Assembly (NCBI RefSeq): GCF_003918875.1
Contig: NW_025767146.1
Span: 2,790,001-2,854,000, forward strand
Reading direction: 5' to 3'
Length of the DNA: 64,000 nt
From: Haliotis rubra
Taxonomy: Eukaryota
The notes beneath the pieces are model-generated. The model was not told the origin of the DNA. It was given only the letters and a program-made list of their open reading frames with translations, and ran no database searches. This document shows positions 25,782 to 38,831 of this stretch, one piece after another. How positions within the stretch are numbered: the first letter of the stretch is position 1; each line of letters opens with the position of its first letter. The translations under genes were made by a program, and so were the position numbers.

Positions 25782-26830
25782 TCAGAAAGTTTCAGAAACA
25801 AACAGAAAACAAACAGTTCTGAATGTAAATAATAAAGGCCATGCCATTAACATCTTGCATAAGAATCCACAAGATTCAAGTCCTCTTCAGGTCTTGCATA
25901 GAGGGGCTGTCAGATGTTCAGAACGATGTCATATTGGAGTTAAGCATGTTTATGAGATTGTGTTTCCTAAGCCTTGTTCTCCCAGGTAAGATGTGCATCG
26001 CGTGTCATAATATTGACTATATGTATAGGTGCCCATGCTTGTCTTCCTGTGCTTTAATCAAACTGTTAGCACTCCTGACTGGAACAATAAGCTTGCAGGA
26101 AAGTTATGCAAGCTTGAAACACAGACATGCCAAAAACTTAAATAGCATGGAACTATTATTCTTGATTTTAACAGTAGATATATCTACAGTATTGTCACTT
26201 TGTGCTTTCCCTGTGCACCTGTAAGGTAGGTATACAGAGTGGTACGAAGAAAATGGGTGTTTTCGTGAGCTTTCCAGTGTGTTGACAGTTATGTCCCTTA
26301 ACTTTAATTTGCTTAAACCATTTGAACATAATTCTTGGTTAGATGCATCATAATAGAAGTGTAGAAGACAGCTGTGTTCAGTCATCGATTCCCCTTGCTT
26401 TGTGACTCAGTATGGTGCATGCATCATAGATGTTGACAGCAGTAACCTGTATGTTTCTGCCACATGGATAGGAACTGTGAGGGTCAATTGTTAAATTGCT
26501 ACTGTATTAATTACTGAGTTTTGAAATGGCTCTTGTGGGAATTCCTTTTGAAGGAAAACCAAAATCAATTAACAAAAATATATTTTATTTGATCTTAATG
26601 TCTGTTCATGAAAACCATAAATGTTTCATCATAATATGAGGTGTTTGTGTAGAACTTTCAGTCATGAGGATATCATTTTGATAATTTCTGTCTCATGTCA
26701 GGTGAGCTACTGCTTTGTGTTTTATCGAAAGGTTCTGATGTTTTTTCTGTGTTCAGATGGTGATGTGGGTATCAGCTGTTGCAATCTGAGCATGCTCGCA
26801 TAAGATGTCAGTTATTAGTGTACTAGGACA

Positions 26831-26926
26831 CTGTCCACAAAAGCCGACTTAGTGCTAAGGTGATCCTAACTCCCATACTATAGAGATTTGTGACAATCAT
26901 AGCGCTAAGATCACTTTGTTGAACAG
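26831..26926. mobile_element. Small degenerate palindromic MITE
   Basis: ctgtccacaaaag...cttagtgcta / tagcgctaag...ctttgttgaacag form imperfect inverted arms. Confidence 0.45.
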
Positions 26927-27629
26927 TCTGCTGGTGTCATTTTGAATTCAAGTCTTCTCTAGAAAAAGCTGTCAGAATTGATGGTGGTGATTTAAAAGTT
27001 TAGTAAATGATTATCCTACTTTTGTTGCATTTGATCCTGTTCTAACCTGGAGTCATTATAAGAATTTGATGGTTTTATAAAACCTCCACTGCTCAGAACT
27101 GAAATCCTGGAGCATTGTCAGTTTAGGTATTCTATCTGATGGTTGTTTTATTCATCACATATCTATTTTCTTGTAATTTTACCATGTAGATGTATGTATT
27201 TTTATTTGAAGATGGATTGTTTGTAGTACTTATTTGTTGGTATGTATATATGTGTTGAAGATTGTTGAAGTTTATATTCCTGTGTGTTGAAGCATGTATC
27301 TTGGAATCAAGTAGTATATTGATGTGCAATGTGTCCACGATCTGTATGCAAGAACTGGCCAAAACTTCGTTCTAGTTGTGTATATCAGCTGCCCCTTTTC
27401 AGTGTATATCAGCTGCGCCTTTTTTTTATATGTATATGAGATGCCCACTTTTCCGTTTATATCAGCTGCCCCTTTTCTGTGTGTATCAGCTGCCCCCTTT
27501 TGTCTGTTTAGAAATACTGGGAAATCAGTGGCAGGGTTATTTATCTTTAAGGTCCCATGGGAATGTTTCACAAGAAGATCATGGTGCTACTATTGTAACT
27601 CCCATCCCACAAATAGTATTATATAACAG

Positions 27630-30600
27630 GGACCTGATCCTCCAGCGAACTGTCCCAACAGACCTGATCCTCCAGCAAACTGTCCCTACAGACCTGATCC
27701 TCCAGCAAACTGTCCCGACAGACCTGATCCTCCAGCAAACTGTCCCGACAGACCTGATCCTCCAGCAAACTGTCCCGACAGACCTGATCCTCCAGCAAAC
27801 TGTCCCAACAGACGTGATCCTCCAGCAAACTCTCCCGACAGACCTGATCCTTCAGCAAACTGTCCCGACAGACCTGATCTTTCAGCAAACTGTCCCGACA
27901 GACCTGATCCTCCAGTAAACTCTCCCGACAGACCTGATCCTCCAGCAAACTCTCCCGATAGACCTGATCCTTCAGCAAACTCTCCCGACAGACCTGATCC
28001 TCCAGCAAACTGTCCCAACAGACCTGATCCTCCAGCAAACTGTCCCGACAGACCTGATCTACAGCAAACTGTCCCGACAGACCTGATCCTCCAGCAAACT
28101 GTCCCGGCAAACCTGATCCTCCAGCAAACTGTCCCGACAGACCTGATCCTCCAGCAAACTCTCCCGACAGACCTGATCCTCCAGCAAACTCTCCTGACAG
28201 ACCTGATCCTCCAGCAAACTCTCCCGACAGAATTGATCCTCCAGCAAACTGTCCCAACAGACCTGATCCTCAAGCAAACTCTCCCGACAGACCTGATTTA
28301 CAGCAAACTGTCCCGACAGACGTGATCCTCCAGCAAACTGTCCCGACAGACCTGATCCTCCAGCAAACTCTCCCGACAGACCTGATCCTCCAGCAAACTG
28401 TCCCGACAGACCTGATCCTTCAGCAAACTGTCCCGACAGACCTGATTTACAGCAAACTGTCCCGACAGACCTGATCCTCCAGCAAACTCTCCCGACAGAA
28501 TTGATCCTCCAGCAAACTCTCCAGACAGACCTGATCCTCCAGCAAACTCTCCCGACAGACCTGATCCTCCAGCAAACTGTCCCGACAGACCTGATCTCAG
28601 CAAACTGTCCCGACAGACCTGATCCTCCAGCAAACTCTCCCGACAGACCTGATCCTCCAGCAAACTCTCCCGACAGACCTGATCCTCCAGCAAACTCTCC
28701 CGACAGACCTGATCCTCCAGCAAACTGTCCCGACAGACCTGATCCTCCAGCAAACTGTCCCGACAGACCTGATCCTCCAGCAAACTCTCCCGACAGACCT
28801 GATCCTCCAGCAAACTCTCCCGACAGACCTGATCCTCCAGCAAACTCTCCCGACAGACCTGATCCTCCACAGCAAATCTCCAGCAAACTCCCCGACAGAC
28901 CTGATCCTCCAGCAAACTGTCCCGACAGACCTGATCCTCCAGCAAACTCTCCCGACAGACCTGATCCTCCAGCAAACTCTCCCGACAGACCTGATCCTCC
29001 AGCAAACTGTCCCCGACAGACCTGATCCTCCAGCAAACTCTCCCGACAGACCTGATCCTCCCGACAGACCTGATCCTCCAGCAAACTCTCCGACAGACCT
29101 GATCCTCCAGCAAACTGTCCCGACAGACCTGATCCTCCAGCAAACTGTCCCCGACAGACCTGATCCTCCAGCAAACTGTCCCGACAGACCTGATCCTCCA
29201 GCAAACTGTCCCGACAGACCTGATCCTCCAGCAAACTCTCCCGACAGACCTGATCCTCCAGCAAACTCTCCCGACAGACCTGATCCTCCAGCAAACTGTC
29301 CCGACAGACCTGATCCTCCAGCAAACTCTCCCGACAGACCTGATCCTCCAGCAAACTCTCCCGACAGACCTGATCCTCCCGACAGACCTGATCCTTCAGC
29401 AAACTGTCCCGACAGACCTGATCCTCCAGCAAACTGTCCCGACAGACCTGATCCTCCAGCAAACTGTCCCGACAGACCTGATCCTCCAGCAAACTGTCCC
29501 GACAGACCTGATCCTCCAGCAAACTCTCCCGACAGACCTGATCCTCCAGCAAACTCTCCCGACAGACCTGATCCTCCAGCAAACTGTCCGACAGACCTGA
29601 TCCTCCAGCAAACTCTCCCGACACCTCCAGCAAACTCCAGACCCTGATCCTCAGCAAACTCTCCCGACAGACCTGATCCTCCAGCAAACTCTCCCGACAG
29701 ACCTGATCCTCCAGCAAACTCTCCCGACAGAGCTGATCCTCCAGCAAACTCTCCCGACAGACCTGATCCTCCAGCAAACTGTCCCGACAGACCTGATCCT
29801 CCAGCCAACTCTCCCGACAGACCTGATCCTCCAGCAAACTCTCCCGACAGACCTGATCCTCCAGCAAACTCCCGACAGACCTGATCCTCCAGCAAACTCT
29901 CCCGACAGACCTGATCCTCCAGCAAACTCTCCCGAAAGAGCTGATCCTCCAGCAAACTCTCCCGGCAGACCTGATCCTCCAGCAAACTGTCCCGACAGAC
30001 CCGATCCTCCAGCAAACTCTCCCCTACAGATCCTCCAGCAAACTGTCCCGACAGACCCGATCCTCCAGCAAACTCTCCGACTGACTGATCCTCCAGCAAA
30101 CTCTCCCAGCAGAAAGACCTGATCCTCCAGCAAACTCTCCCGACAGACCTCCAGCAAACTCTGATCCTCCAGCAAACTCTCCCGACAGACCTGATCCTCC
30201 AGCAAACTGTCCCGACACACCTGATCCTCCAGCAAACTGTCCCAACAGACCTGATCCTTCAGCAAACTGTCCCGACAGACGTGATCTACAGCAAACTGTC
30301 CCGACAGACCTGATCCTTCAGCAAACTGTCCCGACAGACCTGATCCTTCAGCAAACTGTCCCGACAGACCTGATCCTCCAGCCAACTCTCCCGACAGAAT
30401 TGATCCTCCAGCAAACTCTCCCGACAGACCTGATCCTCCAGCAAACTCTCCCGACAGACCTTATCGTCCAGCAAACTCTTCCGACAGACCTGATCCTTCA
30501 GCAAACTCTCCTGACAGACGTGATCCTCCAGCAAACTGTCCCGACAGACCTGATCCTTCAGCAAAATGTCCCGACAGACCCGATCCTCCAGCAAACTATC

Positions 30601-31120
30601 CCCACAGACCTGATCCTCCAGCAAACTGTCCCGACAGACCTGATCCTCCAGCAATCTCTCCCGACAGACCTGATCCTCCAGCAATCTCTCCCGACAGACC
30701 TGATCCTCCAGCAAACTGTCCCGACAGACCCGATCCTCCAGCAAACTATCCCGACAGACCTGATCCTCCAGCAAACTCTCCCGACAGACTTGATCCTCCA
30801 GCAAACTCTCCCGACAGAATTGATCCTCCAGCAAACTCTCCCGACAGACCTGATCCTCCAGCAAACTATCCCGACAGACCTGATCTTTCAGCAAACTGTC
30901 CCGACAGACCTGATCCTCCAGCAATCTCTCCCGACAGACCTGATCCTCCAGCAAACTGTCCCGACAGACCTGATCCTCCAGCAAACTCTCCCGACAGAAT
31001 TGATCCTCCAGCAAACTCTCCCGACAGAATTGATCCTCCAGCAAACTGACCCGACAGACCTGATTTACAGCAAACTGTCCCGACAGACCTGATCTTTCAG
31101 CAAACTGTCGAAACAGACCT
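27630..31120. repeat. 30-bp minisatellite, ~115 copies, degenerate tail to ~31460
   Basis: Unit gacctgatcctccagcaaact(g/c)tcccgaca. Confidence 0.97.
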
Positions 31121-32128
31121 TATCCCTATGGACTATAGGACTCTCCAGATCCTCCAGGAGACTGTCCCTTAAGACCATATGATTCACCCCATCCTCCAGC
31201 AGACTGTCCCGACAGATTTGATCCTCCAGTAAACAGTCAAAACAGACCTGATCCTCAAACAGACTGTCCCTGAAGATGATAGAACCCTCCAGATCCAACA
31301 GTTGACTGCCCTTACAGATCTGATCCTCCTGGAGACTGTCCCTTAAGATCATATGATTCACCCCATCCTCCAGCAGATTGTCCCTACAGAGTATCGGACT
31401 CTCCTGATCCACCTGTAGACTGTCCCTACATACTATGGGACTCTCCTGATCCTCCTGTCATACAAGACGTTATCAAGGGGTAGCCCAGTGCAGACGTTCC
31501 TGGTCTAGGCTTCAGGTGCAACCACCATGGGTTTTTATACAGGGAGAGAATGACATGAGATTAGGCTAGAGTGTTAGAAGTTAGCATGCAGCAGTCACTT
31601 GTTGACAGACTTGTTAGGACACTGAAAAGTCTCTTATGTCCCTTGAGGAGAAACAAAATGACTTGGGCTAGTCGGCGACTTGTAATTTGTATACCTGAAG
31701 TGTTCAGTGGTCTACTTCAGGCCTTTCAGGAAAAGGAAACGAAATGACAGACAGGTGAGATAGGATTTACAGTATCAATACGAAGAGACTGTTTTGATTA
31801 TTGTGATTTCTGCATTGTTTGTCAAAGATTGCTCGCCATCTGTACTAACATTGAAACATGAATACATAAAGTATGTACAACAAACCAAGTGTGTTTAGTT
31901 TCAATACAGTGTATGTACCCTATTTTTAGACAACTACTTTTACGAAGTAGAAGCAATTCATTACCGTTGAGCGGTCTGTCAGTGAGATTCATTCCAAGTC
32001 TTGCCTTTCTTACAATTACTGCTTGGATCATCAAGCTGTATAAATAGGGGCATAACTACATATCTTTGATTTGTAAATATAGATGACCAGGTCTTTGAAT
32101 GGAATTTAGAAGTGATACACATAAGGAA

Positions 32129-32278
32129 GGGAATTTTATGGATGTCAACTTCTTTATTATGAGGAACACAATGTTTCAGAATAAACTTACTCCTTCATCA
32201 GATGATGAATGAGTAAGTAAGTACATACTCACATACATGTTCCTCATAATAAAGAAGTTGACATCCCTATAATTCCCT
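32129..32278. mobile_element. Inverted-repeat relic with a degenerate hammerhead-like core (Penelope-like element end)
   Basis: 29-bp perfect arms ggatgtcaacttctttattatgaggaaca / complement. The minus strand 32201-32170 reads CTGATGA-aggagtaagtttattct-GAAAC and is followed by AATAAA. Confidence 0.55.
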
Positions 32279-32404
32279 CAATATACCCACCATATAGATG
32301 GAATATTGCTCAATATACATGATGATTCTTATCTTCCTGATAAACAGAGTTTCTTTATGTCGCAACCGACATTATAAGTCAGAACATGTTCATTTGTTCT
32401 TGTT

Positions 32405-32550
32405 CACTGACGTGAGTGAGACATATCATCATTCCCAGTTGCTTGGGTTGATGCTCTAGACATGAATTATGGGGTTGTCTGGTCCAGACTTGATTATTGA
32501 ATGTCTTCCATCATAAAGCCGGAATATTGATGTGTGGCATTAAGGAACTA
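32405..32550 (+). mobile_element. Degenerate 5'-truncated SINE family B
   Basis: ttgtctggtccagacttgattat...ggaatattgatgtgtggcattaa matches the family B 3' half. Confidence 0.6.
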
Positions 32551-32551
32551 T

Positions 32552-33347
32552 CAGAGCTCCAGATAAGCTGCGTATTTGTGTATACTACGCTATAGAAAAG
32601 TTGAAATACGCAAGAAAAATAAATGCCAGCGTATGAAAAACACTAAATATTTACGTTTACGCTATGTTAAAATAAGAATGAGTATTTACCCAATACATCA
32701 AAATTATGTTGGTATCGTATCAATTCAAGACAATTGAAACAAACTTTTCCATCTCCAAATATTCGCGATTAAAATATTCTTGAAAATTCTAAACGCAATT
32801 AAGATGCTCAATGCAGATAGAATACCAGTCATTGTTTGTTAACCCTTCACTGGTTGGTCAATCTATAAATAGCGACTAGTCAATTAGCTGTTTCCTCCGT
32901 ACATGTCCTGTAAACAAAGCAAGCATGGTCAAAAGCTTCCATACGCTCAAAGTAAAATATCTAGGGTTCTTTACGCTACAAACATAAAACAACTTCATTA
33001 GAGGACTGCTGGATGAACTTATATTATGCTGTTTCTAAATCATAATCAATTCCCGGTGATATCTTAAATGAACTTGTAACATTAGCTGTTCTCGGCGAGG
33101 TAGTGAAAAAACTCGATGGGAACAAGGTTTTGAGAAAAAACAGCAATTGCTACGTGGAAAAGAAAATATCCATGGTTAATTTTGAATAAAAAAAGGTCAT
33201 ATGAGGTCATGTTGTAGTGTGTGTCAGGCACACCTCTTACACTTGTTATTTGAAATGAATACCCGGATCTTGAAATCGGAAATACCCCCTTAGTTTAAAA
33301 AGTATGGGTATCATACCCACATGGCCAAAGGCTTATCTGGAGCTCTG
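32552..33347. mobile_element. CAG-ended TIR non-autonomous element (hAT-like)
   Basis: 17-bp perfect TIR cagagctccagataagc. Subterminal TACGCA/TACCCA motifs. Confidence 0.85.
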
Positions 33348-34083
33348 AACAATTAAGCAAATTCATTTATTGTCATCTTCAGCTGATTGCAAGAGCTTTC
33401 TATGTGTAATGCCCATCGTGTTTGCAGTCAGCTGCTGTGCCACTTGGGGACATGTTAAACGTCACCATGTCAGTTATAACTAACATATTCATAGGTTTGC
33501 CAAGGCAAAAATACTCAGAATGCTATCACAATCCTTTTCCAATAATGATACTCTATTGAATTACCAATAATTTTGTCCAGTATCACAACCTTATTGCACT
33601 AGTAAGAGTACCTCCTCTTCTTTCCCCATACTGGCCGAAATGTGTCTGCCCTCTTTAAACACTATGCTGAAGGATCAACGGTTAATGACAGAGTTTTGTT
33701 GCAAAGTTAGCTATGATTTGTGAGGTGTTTACTCTAGTCAGTGTAGCACATCCTCGATTAACCCATTGTGATCAAGTAGCTGAAGGCAGCTGCACTCACA
33801 GGGCACCAAGGTTGGATGTACAATGACATTTGACTGTTTCAACAGGACTTCAAATTAAACTGCAATGCGAAGATACCAGTAAAAAGCAAATGATCAAATG
33901 TGTGGTAGTGGGAGTATGTATTACATCACAGAATAAACCAAGAGGCTAATAGTGAGGTGTTTCTCAGTGTTCACAAATGTTTGACCTAGAACTGGCAAAA
34001 TCATTGTATTGGCAGTAACCTTATAGCAAAGAAATCTTACTTATTTGTTGTCCTCAACTGTCAAATTATAGGTTTATGTTTGT

Positions 34084-34229
34084 AATATTTGGTGTTCAGA
34101 AATTGGTGGTAAATACTGATTGAAACACTCGTAATATGTACAGATATCGTCTGTTGAATATTTGGTGTTCAGAAATTGGTGGTAAATACTGATTGAAACA
34201 CTCATAATATGTACAGATATCGTCTGTTG
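34084..34229. repeat. 73-bp tandem duplication, followed by a SINE-like tail and (TTCA)n to 34307
   Basis: Two near-identical copies. Confidence 0.85.
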
Positions 34230-34741
34230 ATGGAACCTCGCCACTATTGGCTGGAAAATTGTTGATGCGGCATAAGGCAATATTCATTCATTCATTCATT
34301 CATTCATTATTGATGGAATAGCATCTTTTTTGCAAGTATGGTGTGTGTATTGCTAAATGTGATCTAATCCAGTGAATGGCTCATGTCTTCATGATGCAAA
34401 AAAACTTCAGTTCTTTCAACTCCCATATAAAACTGTTTCAGTCTGCTGTCATATAAACACCAAAGCTTGTTTTCTATAGATATTAATAATACATAAAAAG
34501 CCCAAAAAATAGATATTCTTTACTATATACATGTATTACTGAAATATTTACTGTATATTTCCAGAAGAAATGTGATATAGCTTTTGTGGTATTGGCAAGT
34601 TCAGACTGGATCTAACTTTCACTAAATTGGAATTCTTTAGCACCTTGGACCTGTGTCAATGCAGACTTTCTTCAAACAATAAACTAACAGTGATACAAAT
34701 GAGGCATTAAACACATTATGATTCTAGCTTGGTGTTTACAG

Positions 34742-34816
34742 AGAGTATTTGTCCTGCCCAACATGGATGATGCCATGGTTCCCTTCTTTCCTGCGATTGT
34801 TCTGGGCCCTGGATGA
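34742..34816 (+). CDS. TEX2: TEX2 alternative (duplicated) terminal coding exon RVFVLPNMDDAMVPFFPAIVLGPG*
   Basis: Acceptor tgtttacag at 34741, phase 0. The translation is paralogous to the 21134 exon (RVFVMPNMDDLVIP...). Confidence 0.8.
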   Translation, partial: RVFVLPNMDDAMVPFFPAIVLGPG

Positions 34817-35350
34817 AACTCTCCATTGATGTTGGGGATAAAGGTATCACCCACCACTAGGTCAAGAACCAGGTTTACAGACAATATGCTTACAATTAAA
34901 CTAATTATTTTCAAAATAACCTATGAATTGTGATTTCTTCCAAGTTAGTCAACTTTCTTACTTATATGGGGCATCTGTATTGGATTTGAAGATCATGCTT
35001 GGTGTCTTGGCAGATCGCATGTCATCAGACCCAAAACATGTTCTCATAATTCAGAAACTGTGACAACCAGTTTCGGAATTTGGCTGTAATATTGCCGACT
35101 GCACCATTTAACATTTCACTCCTTGCAGTTATAGATAGGTTGTTGACAGTCTCAATTCCAACAAGGATCCATGTGTATATGTAATGACTAGACTCTCCAT
35201 AATGATAGCTTTGAAAAAAACTGATGATAAAATGTCAACTTTGAATGATTGCTTTGTGCTAATGAATATGATCGAGATCTAACCAAGCATGTGTTTGTAA
35301 ATTAAAGTTGTATGTGATATCCTGTCCTAAGTTACGCCTGCTCAACAGGA

Positions 35351-35520
35351 CTGACTGACTGACTGAGTTAAGTTTTACGCCGCTTTTAGCAATATTCCAG
35401 CAATATCACGGCGGGGGACACCAGAAATGGGCTTAACACATTGTGCCCATGTGGGCAATCGAACCCGGGTGTTCGGCATGACGAGTCAACGCTTTAACCA
35501 CTAGGCTACCCAACCGCCCC
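35351..35520 (-). mobile_element. tRNA-derived SINE family A
   Basis: Reverse complement of family A. TSD tgctcaacagga. Confidence 0.92.
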
Positions 35521-38500
35521 TGCTCAACAGGAATTGTGGACTGTGTTCACAGTACATCCAACATAGGGTGAAACAGTTTCAGAATGAGCAATGATCAGAA
35601 ACCTACCCTTACCCAGTCCAAGTTTGTACAGTTCATTGTAAAGTCATCTATCGTCGATATTGTCCGAACATATACATGTGCCATTTCTTCAGTGTTATGT
35701 TACGAGTCGACAAGCTAATGCCAATTGTGAGGTGGAGAATTTATCTTGAATAAACCTGCTAAATAAATATGCTATTGTAATTATTTATAGTTTCCTGTGA
35801 GAAAATGGGACAGAAAACATGTTTCTGGAGAGCAGACTTGTGAGGCAAGGATGTTACATGGGTAAGTTTCACAAAGCCATCTTGATGCTACAACTGTCGT
35901 ATGTTCATACTAGTAGCACTGCCATTCCCTTCAAGAGACCCTGCTGATTGTATTGTCACTGCCCTGACAGGAGGGAGCTTTGCTCGTGTTTCCAGCCACA
36001 GGTCTGCCTGTAACAACCTGACGTGTTTACGGGCCACTGTGACGAAACTGGGCTATTACAGACATAGTATTGCACTGACTGTTACAAAAATTAATGGGTT
36101 ATCTTTTTCATGTTGGCCTCTTGTCACATGACCAAGAAATTAAACGGACTGAAGGAAAGACATCTAATAAACATATATTGCTGTCATTTACAAAACAGAC
36201 TTTATTACTAACTAGCAGTAATAACAGGAGATTATAAACGTACAAAGAACTTTTCCCATTAGACTAAGTGCCAAGATGTGCATCTTTACTTGGTCTTCAA
36301 CATGACAGCATGAAAAAAATCACTCACAACACACTTCACAATAAGCTTGCAGGCTCAAGCTTTGGAGACATATAATTTCACAGATCTATTTAACACTTTA
36401 CTTTGAACAGATGTGTTAATTATTGCCAGTCTTCAGAACACTGCACAGCCCAAAGTAGAGATGGAGTTGACTCTCAAGTGCATGAGAATGAGGGAGGTTG
36501 CTTGGATATCAAACAAGACATATTCAGGGTTAACTGATCATGTCAGCATCAGAACAGATCTGTTAAACAGACGTACACCTGTTCCATTCGGATGCAAATT
36601 AAGTTCCAAAGTAGAACGGCCATCAGAGAGGAGACTTGAGGACAATACTATACTCTTCGTTTCACTAGGCAAACCAGTGATTGATATGAGCACTACTCCA
36701 CATGGTCAGGGAATGGCTACAAGTAATCAAGCACCTCAGCCGCCCTGACAACCAATCCAACCAGTCACCTTTGCGACAGATTGCAGGAACTTTAATACTC
36801 TGTTTGACAGGATGTTAACTTGTTCCTGATGAAAACACCTTAGTCCAGAATTCAAACTTACTGTCTTCCCTTCAAGTAAAATAACCCAAATCATAATGCT
36901 TTAACGGTAATGTGAGTTTGTTCCATCAATTTAATATTGGTTTGCCCCAAAGTAATTGTTGCTAGCTATAAGGTATTGTCAGAATCTGCTGAAAAGAAAA
37001 TGTACAATCTTTTCCTTAGGAACATAACTTATTTATTGATGCTTCAGAACAAAACAACATAAAATTGACTTGAATAAAGACTTTATTCAGAATACAATTC
37101 AAGCAAGCTACGAGCACAATATACATGTCATGTCAAAAATTCTCCTATCACTTGTACTGATAAAAGCTGCCCAATCCTAGGATACCTGTGCTTTGGCAGA
37201 TTGTGATCTATATCTCTTCTTGGTCACAATAAAAATGCAGTAAGTACTGAGTTCGGAAAACACAAGAGGCATCATACATTAATAATAATTATAATAAAGA
37301 ACCATACTGTCTGTAATAGCAGCACTTTGGAACACACGGTGCCCTGCCTGGAAGTAATCACAGTGTGCTTATATAGCATTTATATAGATACAGTCATTTT
37401 TTTTTTATGTTTTTTTTCTTTATATTTTTTTTTTGGTTTTGTTAGGGTTTTTTCATTTTTTGTTGTTTTTTTTCTTTTTTTTTTTCTTTCTTTTCTTTGT
37501 ATTTCTTTTTTTTCTTTTTTTTTGTCTCTTAAGTATTTCTGTTTTTGCACTGCATCCTGTGTCTACCTGCTGCCACGGCGTGCTGGACTCTCAAGCCCAT
37601 AAATGCCAGATCACTGATAATATTAAGGACAAATAATTAAAAATCTTAAATTAAATTTGTGGATTTAGGATGCACATTTGTTTTCTATTTTTGGGAGGTA
37701 TTTTTTTTTTTTGGTCTTTTTCTTTTGTTTTTTTTTTAATACTTTTTTTCATTTGATTTTTTATTTGTTTTTGTTTGGGTTTTTTTCATGTTTTTTTTTC
37801 TTTTTTTTCTCCAAGTATGGGCGGGAATAAGGACTATTACAGACAATACAGCAGTTCAGGTGGCATATTATATAAAATGGCTAACCCAATCAATCATCCA
37901 AGATGATTCGTTATGCCCAATATCATTTATTTCTTGGAAGAATTATCAACAGCACTAGAATGCACTTCTATCCTGATTCAATCACACAACTGGACAACAG
38001 ACACACATATGAGACTTCAGTATCACAGGTTGTATTTTTCCTGCCAACTGACAGATTCCAATTCAAACAAGAAAAAAAATATTACACCACCAATCAAGTG
38101 TAATTAAAGGAAAACATATTTGCACTCATTGTTGCTGCATTACAAGTAAGATTCGATTTGACATCAGTCATGAATGGCCTATACATAAACAGTATTTTCA
38201 TACATTCACAAATAGACTTGAGGTTAACTTGTATAAAAGGCTTTGAACCCTCCCTTTCCCCCGCCCTCCCTCCAGCCCAATTATTAGTAGGCCCACTTGC
38301 TTGCTGAGGCTGTATACCCACATGACAAGACAATTTGGGAATTCTGAAAGACTTAATACTTCACCTGAAGTACAAAAAATAAACTCTGTGCTATACTTGA
38401 AGCAGTGAGCACCACTAATTGCACGCTGTTTAGCACTAGGGAGGGTAGGCAGCAGGGTAACAGCTCTCAGAGCACAAGTGATGGTCCATGGAACACATAG

Positions 38501-38831
38501 AAGCAGTAACTAACTTGCGTCGTTGGCGACGGCACCCACCTGCATTAGCTAGCTAACCCGCGTACAACAAGAGATCAATCACATGATGGGAAACTGGGAA
38601 ACCATGTCAACAAACAAGCCAGAAACCTGCCCAACCCATATTTGATTGTCCTGGAAACACACTACTGGAATACTGACCATATCACGAGTCATCAACATTT
38701 ATTCATTTAAACAGACTACCAACAACCAGTGAATTGACAAAAATCTTGGTAGAGGTCCCAGATTAGATTTGGTTATGGCAGGTTTCAGTGTAATAATATA
38801 TCTCTATATATATTAAAGATTTGTTTGATAT

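Noticed and set aside
27630-31120. Functional link between GATC in each 30-bp unit and the DIRS Dam-like domain
   Set aside because: The specificity of the DIRS MT is unknown, and a 4-mer in an amplified unit is expected by chance.
27376-31412. Long repetitive ORFs up to 602 aa (GGSGLSGEFA, LLEDQVCRES, PTDLILQQT)
   Set aside because: They are the product of a stop-poor 30-bp unit. Several frames on both strands are open and frequent non-triplet indels show no frame conservation.
34684-34914. Minus-strand ORF resembling a signal peptide plus GKK amidation site
   Set aside because: It starts at TTG and is the antisense shadow of the TEX2 alternative last exon.
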